DNA of 64,000 bases from Mayamaea pseudoterrestris (taxonomy: Eukaryota): contig BROI01000025.1 of assembly GCA_027923505.1 (NCBI GenBank), forward strand, positions 310,001 through 374,000, given 5' to 3'. The notes under the pieces are model-generated. The model ran no database searches. It saw only the letters and a program-made list of their open reading frames with translations, and was not told where the DNA came from. Positions 53,504-64,000 of this stretch are shown here, piece by piece. How positions within the stretch are numbered: position 1 is the stretch's first letter; each line of letters starts with the position of its first letter. Both the position numbers and the translations under genes were made by a program.

Positions 53504-53984
53504 AAATGATATTTATATGAATGAAGAATGAAACGTGCATACACTTAGCTTAGCAAATTACAAAATTAGACTTTTGTTAAATGAGAGACATTATCTCGTG
53601 TACAAGTACGTTGAAGTAGCATTAGCATTACAGTAGAAAGTCTTTACGCCACAGCTCTTGTGAGGCTACTTCAAGAATCTCTTCTGTAATGATACGAGCG
53701 TCAGATACGTTTATCAAATAATTGTTAAGATTGTATATTACACCAATCGCGTCGCCATGGCCAGGTCCCGCCATTGCGAAGTGAAGTTACGCAACGAAAC
53801 GAGTCGCAACGCGGTCTTAGCGGCACTGAGCGACGGTCAGACGCCAAATCGGAGAACCGCAAGTTTCGCCAGCGCGAAAAACAAACGCTCATCTGTTTCC
53901 AACCTCCTCTTCTTTTGAATCAGCTACCATATAGAGCAGCTTTGCACACACATGCTACTCATCTTCTAGAGCAGCTACAGTAAA

Positions 53985-55664
53985 ATGTCTTCTCCATTCA
54001 CTCCGGAGCAAATTACCGAATGGGCTTCCTTTGGTCCCAAGCTCAAGGGCAAGCCAAGCACGCCCGAGGAGATTGCATCCGCCCAGACTCGCAAAAAGAA
54101 TTGCACCGCCATGAAGCAACGACTGGCAGCTGCACTTGGAGAAGACTGGACGGAGAAGAAGATTGAAAAGGAACTTGATCGTCTCGTGGAAGAAGCTGGA
54201 AACACAAATGCATCGAATGTTTCAGCTCGACCCGCCTATTTGGACGCTCCATCCGGAACGCGCGACTTTTACCCAGCCGACTATCGTTTGCAGCAGTGGC
54301 TCTTTCAGAAAATGCGTGACACTGCCTCTCTATTTTGCTTTCAAGAGTATGATGCGCCAGTGCTGGAGCATGTGGCACTATATGAACGCAAGGCGGGAGA
54401 AGAAATTGTAGGACAGTTGTATGCCTTTGAGGATCAGGAGGGCGACCGCGTGACACTGCGGCCGGAAATGACACCAACTTTGGCGCGCATGGTTTTGAAC
54501 AAGACGAACCTGCAAACGGGAGAAGTGCGACTGCCACTGCCGCTCAAGTGGTACAGTTTACCGCAGTGCTGGCGGTTTGAAACGACGCAGCGGGGTCGGC
54601 GGCGTGAGCATTACCAATGGAACATGGATGTTGTAGGAGTCGATCATGTTCATGCTGAACTGGAACTACTTGCAGCCGCTTGTCAGTTCTTTCGTAGTCT
54701 TGGGGTTGGGCCTGATATTGTTGGAATCAAAGTGAATAGTCGAGCCGTTTTGGAAGCCTTGCTAGCCAAACATGGAATAACAAAAGGCTGTGCTACTAGT
54801 TTAAAGCAAGATGATGCAGCAGCAGCAGCAGCAGCAACTGCCACTGGCGAGTCGGAAGACATTTTCGCCAAGGCTTGCGTCATTATCGACAAACTCGACA
54901 AGATTGGAGGTGCTGCCGTCACGGAGCTCTTGGCCGAGATTGGAGTGAATCAAGCATCGGCGCAGGACATTTTGACCGCCCTCCAAGCTCCAACAATTGA
55001 AGACTTGCAAACTCTGATTGGCGGCGAAAGCAGTCCAGCCGTAGACGAGGTCAAGCGACTCTTTGAACTGGCGCATGCTTACAATATCTACGACTATCTC
55101 ATTTTTGATGCAAGCGTGGTTCGCGGACTATCCTACTACACTGGTATTGTATGGGAGGCCTTTGACCGCAAGGGAATGTTTCGCGCCATCATGGGCGGTG
55201 GTCGATACGATAGACTCTTGGAACTATACGGGGGCGAACGTTGTCAGATTCCGTGCGTTGGCTTTGGGTTTGGTGATTGTGTGATTATGGAACTACTAAA
55301 GGAGCACAACTTGCTACCTCAGTTGAATGTCGGCGTGGACTATGTAGTTTGCGCCTTTCAGGACGACTTGTATGGTGCAGCTGCCGATATTGCCGCTCGA
55401 CTGAGGACGTGCAACTGGAGTGTTGATTTGATGCCGACACCCAAGAAGAAGGTGGCTAACAGTTTCAAGCACGCTGATCAAATGGGAGCTCGACGGATGG
55501 TGTTTGTAGCTCCAGATGAAATTGCTAGAGGGGTCGTAAGAGTCAAAGATTTGAGAACCAAAGATGCTGCGGGAGAAGCTGTGCAAGTCGATTGCCCATT
55601 AGAGGAGCTGGCAAAGTTAGACGAAATGATTGCCGCTCAGGCTGGAAGCAGCGTGGCTCCATAG
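53985..55664 (+). CDS. HARS: Histidyl-tRNA synthetase
   Basis: PSGTRDFYP, LRPEMTPTLAR, WRFETTQRGRRREHYQWNMD, VRGLSYYTG, GGGRYD, GFGFGD; anticodon-binding domain. Confidence 0.95.
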   Translation: MSSPFTPEQITEWASFGPKLKGKPSTPEEIASAQTRKKNCTAMKQRLAAALGEDWTEKKIEKELDRLVEEAGNTNASNVSARPAYLDAPSGTRDFYPADYRLQQWLFQKMRDTASLFCFQEYDAPVLEHVALYERKAGEEIVGQLYAFEDQEGDRVTLRPEMTPTLARMVLNKTNLQTGEVRLPLPLKWYSLPQCWRFETTQRGRRREHYQWNMDVVGVDHVHAELELLAAACQFFRSLGVGPDIVGIKVNSRAVLEALLAKHGITKGCATSLKQDDAAAAAAATATGESEDIFAKACVIIDKLDKIGGAAVTELLAEIGVNQASAQDILTALQAPTIEDLQTLIGGESSPAVDEVKRLFELAHAYNIYDYLIFDASVVRGLSYYTGIVWEAFDRKGMFRAIMGGGRYDRLLELYGGERCQIPCVGFGFGDCVIMELLKEHNLLPQLNVGVDYVVCAFQDDLYGAAADIAARLRTCNWSVDLMPTPKKKVANSFKHADQMGARRMVFVAPDEIARGVVRVKDLRTKDAAGEAVQVDCPLEELAKLDEMIAAQAGSSVAP

Positions 55665-55833
55665 AAAGTGTTTTGCTGTTATATTTTGATCAACTGGGCA
55701 ACTCTTAGACTCGTGTAGCTATTAGTCATACTTGAACTCACTGTTACTTAAGTTAAAATAATCATGATGCCTCTATGGCTACACAAATGCGGCGCTCCAC
55801 AAACGCACGCACTAGCAATACACCTTATAACTG

Positions 55834-57834
55834 CTAATACCTACTGTAGCTTCCAATGCGCTCTTCTGATTGTTGCTGATGCTTCATAGTTCCGCTTCGT
55901 GCAGCTTCTAGCTCCAATGCAAAACCTGCCAGGTCTCGATCTCGCTCGTCCATGGCTTCGTCTGAAGGCTGACTTGAATCATCACTTGACGTCTGATCGA
56001 CTTGCTTTTTCTTCTTAGATGGTCGTTTCAGAGTATTGATTGCACCTGAAAAGGAACTTGCTTTTAAATACTTTTCCTGCTGCTTGCTCTCTGATTTACC
56101 AACTTGCGGCATTGGACCCATGAGCTCGTCCAATTCCGCATCCGAATCTGTTGAATCGTAGACTCCAAAGGCGCTGCTGGGATTGCTGTATAGTTCGTAG
56201 CTAGGGTGACGCCCCATTGTATTAGCGTGAACTACTGTATGACTCGCCGTGCTGCTGCATCTTAAACTTTGTTCCGGCGGTGATAGCAAAGAATCAGGCT
56301 GTGGAGGCAGCGAGTGGACAACCTCGTTAGACTGGTGCGTGTCTTGAGCCTTGCCCTGTGTAAAGATGGAATCATTGTCTGACATATAGACTTCTTCTCT
56401 GTCGTCGTCCTCGTCAGTTTCGCTGCCTGGACAAAATTGTGGAATATAGCTACTCGACTGTCCAGGCGTCACTGGAACAAAAGTGGGCATGCCCTTCATG
56501 GAAAGATTGGCCCTTGTTGAGGGAGGACTATCATCGCAATTATTCTTGACATAGCTCGCTAGTGAATAACCGTCACTGTAATTGAAAGACTCAGCATCAT
56601 CGTCACTGGCATTCTCCTCGTCGTCTCTCGACACAGTCGCTAGAGTTTGGGGTTGATGCTCTTGATGCTCCTTGCTCTTTGTGGATGCGTACACGTTATC
56701 ACCAGGCTGGTCCCTACTAGCAGTGCTCGTAATGAGAATGAGCTGCGATCCCGTTGCCTGGACCTCGAGATCATAGCAAGGCATTTCCGCGGACCGTTTT
56801 GACGTGGTTGAGACGGAACTATCCTCGTCAGAATCATCCTCCAACGAAACATGTAGCGTCTTGACCTTGCGTCTGCTCCTGCGCGACGCAAACACGGCCA
56901 TGGCCAGCATGAGAACAGCGGCTGCCGCCACACCTCCCCCAACGGCCGCAGCTGCCGAAATGCTTTTATTGCTACCTTCAGAATCATCCGTGGGTTGCGA
57001 TGCAACTGAAGTTGTCGTCATGCTCGCAGAAGACACTGTGACGGTCTCAATGGCGCCGTCAGCATCTGATTCTCCGCCACCGGCACTAGCTACAGCCTTG
57101 TTGATCGCATGCGCTCGGTTCTGCCGAAGAAGCTTCTTTTGTAATGCTTGCAAATCAGATGCCGGCGGTGCGCTCCCGTCAAACCTTGCCGTGCCCGTGA
57201 GCGACGCAGTGTTCGTGCTATCCAACGCCGCCGAAACTTGCAGAATAACTGATTGCACATTGCTGTAAGTTTCTCCAAAACCATCAAGAAGATAGCTCTC
57301 TAAGCCATAGTCAATTGCAGCAAGCAATGCATCGTTAGACTTGCTCGTTTCGGCGCCAGAAGTTAGCGTCACGTCAAAGGCTAAAAGTGTCACGCTGGAC
57401 AATGATTCGGCGCCATTGGGCGTGCTCGTCGGTTGCGGCGATCCTTCCTGCAGACTCAAGCTAGGAGCAATGGTTTGTGGAGTTATTGATGGAGGCAATG
57501 TGGAGGGAGCAAAAGTGGTTGGTTGCTGCGTCGTCGGCCACGGTGTAGCGGGTGCCGGTGTGGGAGGGTTCGTTGTGACTGCTGGAACATCATTGGGCTT
57601 TCCTCCCGCGCCATTCTTGTCGTTTCCCTGCAACAGACGATGTGTACGTCTACCGCTAATTGCTGCATCAGATCTTATTGTGGCTGCTTGTCGAATTCGA
57701 AGCGGCGTGATGGAGTCTCGCGATTCGCCTCGTTGCTCTTCACGGTGAAAGGTTCCCGCGGATGCGGCAGCGTCTGCAAATTGCCGTAGCCATACGAGAC
57801 AAACGAGCTTTGCAATAGGCATCATTCTCGACAT
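55834..57834 (-). CDS. Type I membrane protein (signal peptide, PT-rich stalk, TM, disordered acidic tail)
   Basis: Signal-like MMPIAKLVCLVWL..AAASA; RRTHRLLQ processing-like motif; PT repeats; TM AVGGGVAAAAVLMLAMAVFA followed by RRSRRK. Start uncertain. Confidence 0.75.
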   Translation of the reverse strand: MSRMMPIAKLVCLVWLRQFADAAASAGTFHREEQRGESRDSITPLRIRQAATIRSDAAISGRRTHRLLQGNDKNGAGGKPNDVPAVTTNPPTPAPATPWPTTQQPTTFAPSTLPPSITPQTIAPSLSLQEGSPQPTSTPNGAESLSSVTLLAFDVTLTSGAETSKSNDALLAAIDYGLESYLLDGFGETYSNVQSVILQVSAALDSTNTASLTGTARFDGSAPPASDLQALQKKLLRQNRAHAINKAVASAGGGESDADGAIETVTVSSASMTTTSVASQPTDDSEGSNKSISAAAAVGGGVAAAAVLMLAMAVFASRRSRRKVKTLHVSLEDDSDEDSSVSTTSKRSAEMPCYDLEVQATGSQLILITSTASRDQPGDNVYASTKSKEHQEHQPQTLATVSRDDEENASDDDAESFNYSDGYSLASYVKNNCDDSPPSTRANLSMKGMPTFVPVTPGQSSSYIPQFCPGSETDEDDDREEVYMSDNDSIFTQGKAQDTHQSNEVVHSLPPQPDSLLSPPEQSLRCSSTASHTVVHANTMGRHPSYELYSNPSSAFGVYDSTDSDAELDELMGPMPQVGKSESKQQEKYLKASSFSGAINTLKRPSKKKKQVDQTSSDDSSQPSDEAMDERDRDLAGFALELEAARSGTMKHQQQSEERIGSYSRY

Positions 57835-58255
57835 CAACAAAGCTACAAGGACTATAGCAATGCTGGTTTTACACCGACAAATTGAGACGACTCTTGTCAA
57901 GGGTGCGCCAAGAGACGAAGAAAGTAATGGGAGTCGTCTTGGCTCGACGATCCCACGTGTCCGTTGAGAATTTTGCTCGATGAGGAAGCAAGCGCGAATG
58001 AAAGTGACAGATGACACTCCGCGCTTTCGAATGAATGCTGTTTTGAGTATCCATACTAGTGTACAAATTGTTGCGAAGGGCAATAGTTAATTTTGTCAAG
58101 ACGTATCAAAAAGTGCACCTTCGCCCTTTCGAAACCGTCTTCAATCGCTGCTTTTGAAGATCCACGATCCCGATCTTTGGATTCGACCTCGAACTTTCCT
58201 TTACAACTGCCAACTGCCACCATCCTTCGCTACGTTTGCAACATTCAACAGAACC

Positions 58256-58801
58256 ATGATGCGCTTCACCTTTACCCTCCTCGCGACTCTCTGCCTCTTG
58301 ACTATCGAAACAGCCAACTCGCAAGACTCATGCGCCGCTCAGACGGCCGCTCTCCAAGAGAGTGACACCATTTCCAAGGCCACGATGCAGTTGCAGACAG
58401 CCATTTTCTCCGATCTCCAAGCCTGCTACGCTGAGAATGCCACGAGCTGCCCGATCGACGTGACGGACGAAAAGGAAAACATTGCGTCGGCCTGTGAGAT
58501 TGAGGGAGGTCAAGTCTACACGCCCGACGTGGAGTACAGCTGCAACAACGACAATACCAACGTGCGGACCACGGTGACTGTCAACTACGCGGCCTGCCTT
58601 GGCGCCAACTGCTCGACGGACGAAATTACGGATCAGTGGGACGCCATTTTGAACAATGTCACTGACACGGCCAATGCCTACTTGGGTACGGTTGGTATCC
58701 AGTGTGACGCGAGCGTTTCGGGTGCGGCGATTCTGAATCTGAGTGGATTGGCCATCGCTTTGATGGCCATGATTGGTAGCGCCATGGTTTTGTTTGTTTA
58801 A
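58256..58801 (+). CDS. Small secreted Cys-rich protein, probably GPI-anchored
   Basis: Signal peptide MMRFTFTLLATLCLLTIETANS; 8 Cys in the mature region; SGA followed by a hydrophobic C-terminus. Confidence 0.8.
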   Translation: MMRFTFTLLATLCLLTIETANSQDSCAAQTAALQESDTISKATMQLQTAIFSDLQACYAENATSCPIDVTDEKENIASACEIEGGQVYTPDVEYSCNNDNTNVRTTVTVNYAACLGANCSTDEITDQWDAILNNVTDTANAYLGTVGIQCDASVSGAAILNLSGLAIALMAMIGSAMVLFV

Positions 58802-59173
58802 ATTTTACGGGAATTTTTAAGTTAATCTGATAGTTTACTGGTGAAACTGTAAAGATTGGCTCTTTATGCTTTGTAGTTGCGTTCTTTGGAGACGGACGAC
58901 ATCTGAATCTTGCCCCTATGTATTTTGCAGCACAAATTATATCTACAAGCATGCGTGAAGCGGTATATGGCTTCTAAATTAAAATGAACTGTCATCGCAT
59001 CGTAGCTACGCTGGGAGTCCAACAGTTTGCTGACATAAGATAATGTTGTATGTATGATCGTGAATTTCTCTGAACACAAAGACTACTCACGCAAAGTATA
59101 ATGATTGCAACTTTTACTATTCAAATTTACGTATACTAAGAAGCAATGCTCATCTTCTCAATTCATATATCAC

Positions 59174-62100
59174 TTAGTGCGACAAAAGACTGGCGACTTC
59201 CATTCTTATTTCGCTAATGCTGCTTCCATCGGCACTCTCACACGCACTACGAGATGCGTCATCGTCATCGCAGCTTGCATCGTCCATGCTGCGACGAGCC
59301 CGGCGACGTCGTTTCAACGTATCGGCTCGCCGACGCAGCTTCTCCGCCAAGTCCAATGCTGCCTGGCGTTCATCGGGAGTCAATGCAGCAAATTGAGGCT
59401 GCTGCGGCTGTTCATCTTCGTCGCCCGTTTCTGCAATCGTCTCGAGGGGCCCACCAAGATGACGAATGATAGGCTTTGGACGACGTCCTTCCGGACCTCC
59501 GGCTGTTGAGCGGATGGGCTTGTCTTGTGTCGACAGCTCTTCTTGAAATGCGCATATATTCTTGGAACGCGACGAAACGACACTAAGCTCCGGCATGATC
59601 TTGGAGCGAGACCGGACATCGCGTTGATCACATTCGCTTGATTGCTCTAGCAGCAACGGCGAGCTTACGCGGACTTTTGTTGGACTAGGATCCTTTCTAT
59701 GGTTGGTGCTGTGGAGTATTGTCGTTGCATCTGGGTCACGCTTTCGGGCCTTATCCATAAATGCTTGGCGCGTCGGTGAAGGTGGAAGAAGCTTCGACAA
59801 CTCGGGACTCTCCGATCGCTCTTCGACGTCGTCTCTTCGTTCTACCGTATTGCGTTCATTTTTTGGAGAGGCAACTCCAAACGGAAGTCGTCTGCCAGGG
59901 GATGGGTCGCGAGCCCGAGCTTTGCTGAACGACATGTTGCGTGTCGCGCCATCTCTACTCTCCGCGTCCTCGTCTTCGAGCTCCAAGACGTAATCATCTC
60001 CATCAACTTCATCTTGGCATCGAGTGGTTTCTGGTGAAATGACTTTATTCAATCTCTCGTCGGGAAGTTCTTGAATAGAAGAGGTGTCGATATTCACATT
60101 TTCATAGTTGTAGGTTTGCTTTGGCCACATGGCATTTGATGATTCTATCCACTCTGAAGAAACTTGCTTAGAACGAAGACTGTTGGGCGCATCTTGATCA
60201 AGTGCCGGGTTGTTTTCATCATGCCCACTGCTGTTTGATGGACTTTGTTCGACCAAGTCGACTGGGTCGCTTGGTGAGCTGTTCAAGTTCCTTATGTCCG
60301 GTTCATCATCTAGCGCCTCCAAATTACTAGTCAAAGGTGTAATATCGTTTCTTACTGGAACCTTTTCTGCATCGCCTCGCACACTCGCCAGCCGTTCTTG
60401 CAACTTTTTCTGAAACGGACTCGCCGACAGTGAATGCTCCTCCGAGCCCAAGACCGTTTTGCCTCGTCCGTTTTGACGTGAAGGCGACCTCCTATTAGGT
60501 ATACGGTCATTGCGATCATCATCTGACACGTCCGCATAATAACTGTTGGCAAATGGAGCCTTAGAACTGGGAATTTCGTCTTCTGACAGTTTAGAACGCG
60601 GCGAGCGAGGTGACCGCAAAGGCTTAGGTCCTCTCGGCGATTTTGACGGCGATGCAGCGCTTGTCTTTCTGGGACTGCGTGGACGCAATGAGCCTCGTTC
60701 TGGATCTAATCGGTCTTGACTTTGTGACAGAGCATTGGCTCGCTTTGTGCGCCGAGGACGAGCAAATGGCGACAGCGGAACAGCATCAGTCGACGCAGCA
60801 TCGCCTTCTACGTCTTCGTTTGCATTACGCAAAACGCGTCTGGCGTTCGATTCGTGTAGTCTCTGTACAAGCGGACTGTCACTCACACGTTTCACACTTT
60901 GCAGCGACGGAGCTTTTCCTTTCATGCGAGCACCGCTGTGTGTTTGGTATCGAATCTCTTCACGACGACTGGCTTCCTCTTGCTGCTTTCTCTTGATTTC
61001 CTTGAGTAACGACGCACTTGGCTGGAAACTGCAATTGTTGCAGTTGTCATCTTCTAGCCATGCGCAACTCTTATCAAGCATCGATATTACGAAATGCATC
61101 GCCTCAGAATCGTACAGTAAATGCGGATCCAAGTCCGGATGCAAACCAACTTCTGACTCGCTTGACTCAGAATGCATGATGGATATCAAGGAAGCTCTCG
61201 CAGAATTCTCGTTGGATGAAACCGTCGCCCCTTCCCGACGATCGTAGCTTTCGTTGGTGGCTCGACTGGCATCAGCAGTTCCGCGCGACTCGCCACCGTC
61301 ACTGGTTCCACCGTCGTCTGTGTCGGCATTCCCATTTGGGTTATGATGGCGCGTGTAAAGCTCTTCGGGAGATTTGGGTGATGATGCACCAGGCGTATTC
61401 ATTTCCGTCACAGGCCTTTCAATCTTGAGGCTGATAAGGTGATCAAGTTTTGTTGTAGATTCCATGCTGGTCGAGGAGCTTTCACCTATAGCAAGATCCT
61501 TCTTATAATTCTCGTAAGTGTGCTGTCCCTGCTTGACATCCGTGTCGTCACTGTCAGTGTAAACCATGCTGTTGGTCTCAGTCGTCAATGGCGAACCGGA
61601 CGAATTGCTATCGTCGGATACCTTCTTTTCCTCCAGCTGACTTTTGAGAAACGTAGGATCAACTTTTTTAAGTGCTTTCTTGAACTCGTTAGCTGAAGGC
61701 AATGACTTGGCTGCGCGAATCTCTTGAGATAGCATGCCAGAATCCTCGCTCTCAGTTGACAACAATGTATTCCGTTCAATTCCTGATTTCGACATGCCAA
61801 TCTTTTTGCGAGGTTCACAGTTGGATTCATCGTCGAGAGTACACGCCGAATTGTAAGCAACATTACTTGGTTCAGCTGTATCGTTTGGGTCTACATTCGC
61901 CTCAACAGCGTATTTCGCAACTGTCGCTTGGTCCACCTGAATGACTTCAGTTCCTTGCAAAACAATCTTGCCCTCGCCAGTACTTTGAGAAACACTCACC
62001 AATGAATTGGATCTCTCTCGGTTACTAGGTGACTGGCTCTGCGCATCCTCCAAAGCGCTGGGACTATGAGCAGTCGAGTTGGAGCGAGTGTAACCGATGA

Positions 62101-63979
62101 CTGGGTCGACAGACATGTCTTCCTCGTACGCAGAGGAGAAAAATCGCGCAGTGACATTCTCTTCCGCCTTTGTGCTTCCCGTAGATATCTTTTCCATAGA
62201 ATCGAAATCAGAGTGAGCCGGTGACACAATGAGCTTACGATACTTTTCACGGAGGGCCTTGCGAAATGAGCTGCCATCCTGTCCTTCTTCCTCGAGCGTG
62301 TCAACTGGTTGAATTGGCTTGAAAGGACTAGCAAGGCCTGCTTCGCTTCGCTCATCGGTTATCGGCCCATCCAAAGCAGCTGGGATTGTAGAGGAGGCAC
62401 TGGGAGATGTTAGGCTAGATGTTCGGGTAGGTGTAGCATACCTTCGTTTGTCACGACGAGCCTGAATGGCCCGTCGGTACATGGACTTGGACCCAAGCGA
62501 CACGAGATCACGACTCTCGAATGATCCGACAGAACCAGAATCAGGTGCCCATGATTTTGCTTGCAAGTTATTCTTGCCTTCTTGTTCCTTCAATGACTCA
62601 ATGTCAATGACGGTCCGCAAGGGTTTTGTGGTGGAGCTCCGACTAACGCTTTCTGTTTTGGACAACGAGGGAGCAATCTCCACCTCGCGATGCTGCGCCA
62701 TGCGCTCGGGGCTATCGCGATACTTGGCAGCATTGTTCTTTCCATCGCCGGAGCGGTTATACTGCACGGCACCAAACTCTGTCTCCAAGCTCGGCGAAGT
62801 AAAAATGGGTTCCGGTGCAGAGACACTTGACTCACGTGCAAAGCGTTCCTGACTGACATTTCGAGCGCGGTTAATTCGAGACCTAATTTCTTCGTCTCCA
62901 CTTTCGTCGGAGCTAAACACGAGATCATCGTCCAATGCCTTCTTATTGTTTGAGAAAACTCCGGCTTGGGTGGGCATTGATCCAACCTGCTGAGAATTTC
63001 GCGTCAACAAATGATTAACATTTACTTTATCGTCTTGCATTTGCTGCTGTCTACTCCGGCTCTCAATCACTTGCTCCGTTAAGCGAAAGAAGCTGCTGCT
63101 GTGGTCCGGACCTTGATCGGGCGAGCTCGAATAGTCGAGACGAATGTTGTGACCGGATGAAGGTGAGACGGAAGCCGACGACAGTTGTTGCTGCTGCTCC
63201 TTGTGAATGTACTCTGTCTCAAGGCTTGGACTTATCTCGATTGGATCTGGAGATAGGCCACTGCGGTCGCGAATAGCGTTGCTGTCGCCAGTTAAGCTAT
63301 TCGACTTGTGTTGATCATGCTTCTTCGTCTTGACAATTAACTCCTCTTCCAAGCTCGGCGTCGCGGCAATAGTATCAACCGGGTACTCATGGTTCCGGTA
63401 GCGTCGCATGTTTTTATTTCCATCGATATCAATGACTTGCTGTGAAATGCGGAGACCACCACTTGAACCACCTTTTATTGCTTGGGCCGACACCAGTGCC
63501 AAATGGTCATCATCATCCTGAAGGATCTTGCTGACATCATCAAGCTCGCTGCTAATGGAAAAGGTGATCCGTTGACCATCACGCCGCACTGGAATGGGCT
63601 TGACAGTTTTTTGTGATGGCTGTTCATGCGTACGATGATGGTGAACGGAAGGCGCTGCCGAAGATGTCGACTTGTCCGATGAATGATAATGATTTGCTCG
63701 ACGAGGCGCCGCAATATTGATCCTTCCAGGTTCGGTTGTCTCGTCGTCATTACTCATCATATCATGCATGGAGGCGTAGTCCATGGAAGTGAGGCCCGTT
63801 CTAGTAGAAACGTCATCGTCAAAGCTAATGTAGCGGCGTCCATGAGCAGGTGCTTTCGCCGTCGCTGCGCGGGTCGGCGGCTGACCACGTGTAGACGACG
63901 AAACAGAAAAGGCTGACGGAATAGCAGCAAAGCTGTTGCTCTCTTCATATTGTGTCAAATCAATCAGGTTGTCAATCAT
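59174..63979 (-). CDS. Large intrinsically disordered Ser/Glu/Asp/Arg-rich protein (possibly 5'-incomplete)
   Basis: 1601-aa uninterrupted ORF; frame stays open to the window end; short helical motif ERQAALDLAEKLRRRADTLKRRR near the C-terminus. Confidence 0.8.
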   Translation of the reverse strand: MIDNLIDLTQYEESNSFAAIPSAFSVSSSTRGQPPTRAATAKAPAHGRRYISFDDDVSTRTGLTSMDYASMHDMMSNDDETTEPGRINIAAPRRANHYHSSDKSTSSAAPSVHHHRTHEQPSQKTVKPIPVRRDGQRITFSISSELDDVSKILQDDDDHLALVSAQAIKGGSSGGLRISQQVIDIDGNKNMRRYRNHEYPVDTIAATPSLEEELIVKTKKHDQHKSNSLTGDSNAIRDRSGLSPDPIEISPSLETEYIHKEQQQQLSSASVSPSSGHNIRLDYSSSPDQGPDHSSSFFRLTEQVIESRSRQQQMQDDKVNVNHLLTRNSQQVGSMPTQAGVFSNNKKALDDDLVFSSDESGDEEIRSRINRARNVSQERFARESSVSAPEPIFTSPSLETEFGAVQYNRSGDGKNNAAKYRDSPERMAQHREVEIAPSLSKTESVSRSSTTKPLRTVIDIESLKEQEGKNNLQAKSWAPDSGSVGSFESRDLVSLGSKSMYRRAIQARRDKRRYATPTRTSSLTSPSASSTIPAALDGPITDERSEAGLASPFKPIQPVDTLEEEGQDGSSFRKALREKYRKLIVSPAHSDFDSMEKISTGSTKAEENVTARFFSSAYEEDMSVDPVIGYTRSNSTAHSPSALEDAQSQSPSNRERSNSLVSVSQSTGEGKIVLQGTEVIQVDQATVAKYAVEANVDPNDTAEPSNVAYNSACTLDDESNCEPRKKIGMSKSGIERNTLLSTESEDSGMLSQEIRAAKSLPSANEFKKALKKVDPTFLKSQLEEKKVSDDSNSSGSPLTTETNSMVYTDSDDTDVKQGQHTYENYKKDLAIGESSSTSMESTTKLDHLISLKIERPVTEMNTPGASSPKSPEELYTRHHNPNGNADTDDGGTSDGGESRGTADASRATNESYDRREGATVSSNENSARASLISIMHSESSESEVGLHPDLDPHLLYDSEAMHFVISMLDKSCAWLEDDNCNNCSFQPSASLLKEIKRKQQEEASRREEIRYQTHSGARMKGKAPSLQSVKRVSDSPLVQRLHESNARRVLRNANEDVEGDAASTDAVPLSPFARPRRTKRANALSQSQDRLDPERGSLRPRSPRKTSAASPSKSPRGPKPLRSPRSPRSKLSEDEIPSSKAPFANSYYADVSDDDRNDRIPNRRSPSRQNGRGKTVLGSEEHSLSASPFQKKLQERLASVRGDAEKVPVRNDITPLTSNLEALDDEPDIRNLNSSPSDPVDLVEQSPSNSSGHDENNPALDQDAPNSLRSKQVSSEWIESSNAMWPKQTYNYENVNIDTSSIQELPDERLNKVISPETTRCQDEVDGDDYVLELEDEDAESRDGATRNMSFSKARARDPSPGRRLPFGVASPKNERNTVERRDDVEERSESPELSKLLPPSPTRQAFMDKARKRDPDATTILHSTNHRKDPSPTKVRVSSPLLLEQSSECDQRDVRSRSKIMPELSVVSSRSKNICAFQEELSTQDKPIRSTAGGPEGRRPKPIIRHLGGPLETIAETGDEDEQPQQPQFAALTPDERQAALDLAEKLRRRADTLKRRRRARRSMDDASCDDDDASRSACESADGSSISEIRMEVASLLSH

Positions 63980-64000
63980 GACTGCAGACTGCCCAGTTAC

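Noticed and set aside
53985..55664. HisRS resembling plant organellar enzymes yet lacking a targeting peptide
   Set aside because: This HisRS type is also used in the cytosol of several protist lineages, so it is not clearly unusual.

Overview
Gene-dense (about 33 genes), intron-poor eukaryotic nuclear DNA, almost certainly from a diatom (probably pennate). Evidence: several signal-peptide + ASAF/AAAF bipartite plastid presequences, a diatom-type DUF6824-like protein, diatom-type LRR and BTB proteins, and short GT-AG introns. Housekeeping genes include RPS10, plastid HSP90, HisRS, DNAJC21/JJJ1 and an LHC-like stress protein. The most striking locus is an intronless, ~1700-aa membrane-bound single-module NRPS-like enzyme (34169-39274). 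It has an acyl-CoA-ligase-type adenylation domain, an extra NRPS-type small subdomain, a carrier domain and three TM/beta-helix modules of the epsilon-poly-L-lysine synthetase (Pls) type, and lies directly downstream of a membrane-anchored SGNH protein. Also notable: a Golgi alpha-mannosidase II fused to GnT-II/MGAT2, a plastid-targeted NAA10-type acetyltransferase, a FabI with a mitochondrial-type presequence, a His/Ser heptad-repeat protein, a small two-exon gene missed by the ORF track, and several frameshifted or nonsense-disrupted genes. All family calls come from recognising motifs by eye; no database search was run. No rRNA, tRNA, CRISPR array or intact transposon was recognised.
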